Origin: the human T2T-CHM13v2.0 reference genome, Homo sapiens
Strand: one strand, 5' to 3'
Assembly (NCBI RefSeq): GCF_009914755.1
Contig: NC_060929.1
Length of the DNA: 64,000 nucleotides
The notes beneath the pieces are model-generated. The model searched no databases and was not told the DNA's origin. It was given only the letters and a program-made list of their open reading frames with translations. The position numbers were made by a program, and so were the translations under genes. Positions 56,790 through 64,000 of this stretch are shown here, in pieces. The stretch's first letter is position 1. Each line of letters opens with the position of its first letter.

Positions 56790-57200
56790 TTTTTTTTTAC
56801 TATGCTGAAACACACATAACATTAAACTTATCATCCTAACCACTTTTAAGTGTACAGTTCAGTAGTGTTAAGTATATTCATATTGTTGTCCAACAGATTT
56901 CTATAACTTTTTCATCACGCAGCACTGAATCGCTATACCCACTAAACACAAGTTCTCCCTCCTACCTCCTCTGGGCCCTTGGGAACCACCTTTCTACTTT
57001 CTATGATTTTGACTACTTTAGACACTTCATATGAGTGGAATCATACAGTATTTGTCCTTTTGTGACTTTTATTGTATACTTTTATTTCACTTAGCATAAT
57101 GTCCTTGAGGTGCAACCACGTTGTAGTATGTGACAAGTTTTCCTTCTTTATTAAGGCTGTATAATATTCCATTGTTAATTTCATTCTTTTTAACGGCAAC
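56790..57200 (-). mobile_element. L1MA/MB 3' end
   Basis: TTTTAAGTGTACAGTTCAGTAGTGTTAAGTATATTCA...GAGTGGAATCATACAGTATTTGTCC. Confidence 0.8.
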
Positions 57201-57459
57201 ATATTTCATTGTATGAAAGGCTAGTAACTTTTTATTTCAAATTAGTCTTCATTATCAGTGTTTAAGATGTTCCAAGTTTACTTCTAATACAAGAAATAGA
57301 AGAACTGCTAGACCCAAGAACATATTTAATTATGATTCAGACATTATGACAAAATAAATTCTCCATAAGTGAACAAACACAAATCAAGAAGAGTAGGTTT
57401 TTCTTTCACCTTTCTTTTTAACTTTGCCAATGAAAACTCTCTCATTTTTAATGGTAATT

Positions 57460-60681
<3,222 letters not shown>

Positions 60682-61341
60682 CCCAATCCGAGATTCAAAT
60701 AATCAAATCATAAGACTGTGTTTAAAATCCATAGCTATGAGCTCTTTGTTGAACTGCTCTGCACAGACAGCAGATTATCTTTGGGAAAAGCCCAACATCC
60801 ACTCATTCACGCTCTCGTCATTTACCAAAGGCCAAGTGTGTACTGGGCATTGGAAAATAGCAAAGGCTAGGAGAGCACAGGGGTAGTACCTGCTGTGAGC
60901 TGACTAGCTGTGTGGCCTTGGAAGATACCCTGTGCTCCAGGACCTGTTTCCTGAAAAAAACTTATTAGGTGGATATGCCACTGCCTTAAGGATCCTTCTA
61001 GCTCCAGAATTAGACTGTGACTTCCCAGATTCTCACAACCCCATGGACAGCCCATAAGCCATCTGAGAATGGCAACGCAGGACCCGGAGCAACGGGCATT
61101 ACGCCCATCAGAAACCTCATCAGCAGCTGTGAGACTTTCTCTGGCTGGCTGCCACCCAAAGACTTCCCACAATGGTTCTAATTTCAAACTGCCTGACCAT
61201 TATCCTTAAAAACTATTGGAGTGTGCTAAAAGGTCTGATATTTTGGCTTCTTAGTGAAATTTCTCATACCCAGAGGCACAATCCCCCTTTGTCAGCATGC
61301 CCCCAATTTTCAGTTTATGGTTTGGGTGAACACTGGGATTC

Positions 61342-61462
61342 TTTTTTTTTTTTTTTTTCATGTCACATGGGTAATGTACCAACGACATGACAAGATTTAA
61401 GGGAGGCACATCTCACAGACAAGCATGAAAACCCAATCATCATGCTTATGAACTAAAAAGGA
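61342..61462 (-). pseudogene. U13 (SNORD13) C/D snoRNA retrocopy with poly(A) tail
   Basis: Minus strand reads TCCTTTTTAGTTCATAAGCATGATGATTGGGTTTTCATGCTTGTCTGTGAGATGTGCCTCCCTT...CATTACCCATGTGACATG plus A17, closely resembling recalled U13. TSD ACTGG(G)ATTCTT at 61332-61343 and 61464-61474. Confidence 0.9.
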
Positions 61463-62559
61463 AACTGGATTCTTACAATCAGAAACAGGAATATCAACCA
61501 AATTGTGGTACCCTATGAGCCAGGAGCCACAGACCATGCCCACCTTCCACTCCGCCTCTTTTAACTTTATTATACAAAAATAGCTGTATCCCTCCCCAGG
61601 ATACAGGCAAGTCACTACAGCCTTGAGAAGCCAGCAGGAAGAAGAATTAAACCAGATCTCCCTAAGGGTGAAGTAGAGCTGCCTTCAAAGATAGGAAGTT
61701 CCTGCCTCTGGAGTTGTTTGTTTATTATGGTACAAGAAATCGAGCACAATTGGGTCAGAAGAACAGAAGACCCTTCCAGCGCCAATTTTCTGGGAGGTGG
61801 TCCAAAGGAAGTCAGTGGGGCCAGCTCTCTCCCTCAGACAGCTAACAGGAGCAAGGCTTGGTCAGCCTTCCTGAAGCTCTGCAAGTCCAAGGCTTCTGAG
61901 CTATTTATTCTATACTTACTTTGAAAACACAAAATTGCTCCAACAGGATGGATATGTTACGGAACAATTAGGCATAATAGGATGTGCATTTCTGTCTACT
62001 GAGAAACACCAGGTAGAAAACTGCACCAAGCTGAATTGAGCTTCGTGGTAATACACAAAAAATGCACACAGCTCAGCTCAACAAGTGCACTGAGTCACAC
62101 CAAACACATTTGATGTTACAACTTTCCATCCAATTCCAGATAACCTTCCTCCCACTGCTTCTCAACTGCTCAAAAGCCTAACTCTCCAAACCCATTTCCA
62201 CAAGGTAATTTGAAGACTTTTTCAAATAAAATGCCAAATTTACCATAGTAGTTATGTATTTCTTAACCATTTAACATTTATAAAACTATATCATTTTTAT
62301 TCAGTTCCTTTTTTCAGATGTGTCACTGACAAAGTTTTAGAATATTGTGCCCTTAACCAAATTTTCCCCGTGAGACCTGTGGTTTCATTGTGCAGTTCTG
62401 CTTAATGTGGTAATTTTTAGAATGCGTATGTCATGTTGTATTGTAGCAGAACTATTTCCAGGGCTCTAGTGTAGAGTATTTACATTCATTCTTAAAAATT
62501 ACACTAAATGTCCAAAAGGAAAATAAAATAAACATTTGTATGATTAATTAAATCATATA

Positions 62560-64000
<1,441 letters not shown>

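Overview
Human (or closely related primate) genomic DNA, almost entirely intronic. The only supportable coding sequence is a 168-bp minus-strand exon at 24760-24927. It translates LACCCGSAGCSLCCDCCPRIRQSLSTRFMYALYFILVVVLCCIMMSTTVAHKMKEH, which I recognise as exon 2 of SERINC5, the retroviral restriction factor on human chr5q14. Higher coordinates are therefore intron 1 and lower coordinates intron 2; exons 1 and 3 were not found in the window. The rest is very Alu-dense (roughly 60 Alu elements or fragments by eye), with L1, L2 and MIR relics, several ERV/MaLR solo LTRs, DNA-transposon MITEs and a U13 snoRNA retrocopy. Many ORFs in the supplied track are Alu-derived and none is recognisable as a gene. 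The most notable structure is a pair of independently inserted, convergent HERV-H LTR7-family solo LTRs 1.6 kb apart in intron 2; the sense-oriented copy is followed by a good splice donor. Several template-switch, truncation and recombination scars are also visible. No wholly new multi-gene system is evident. Repeat subfamily names are from recalled consensus sequences, not a RepeatMasker run, and most repeat boundaries are approximate.
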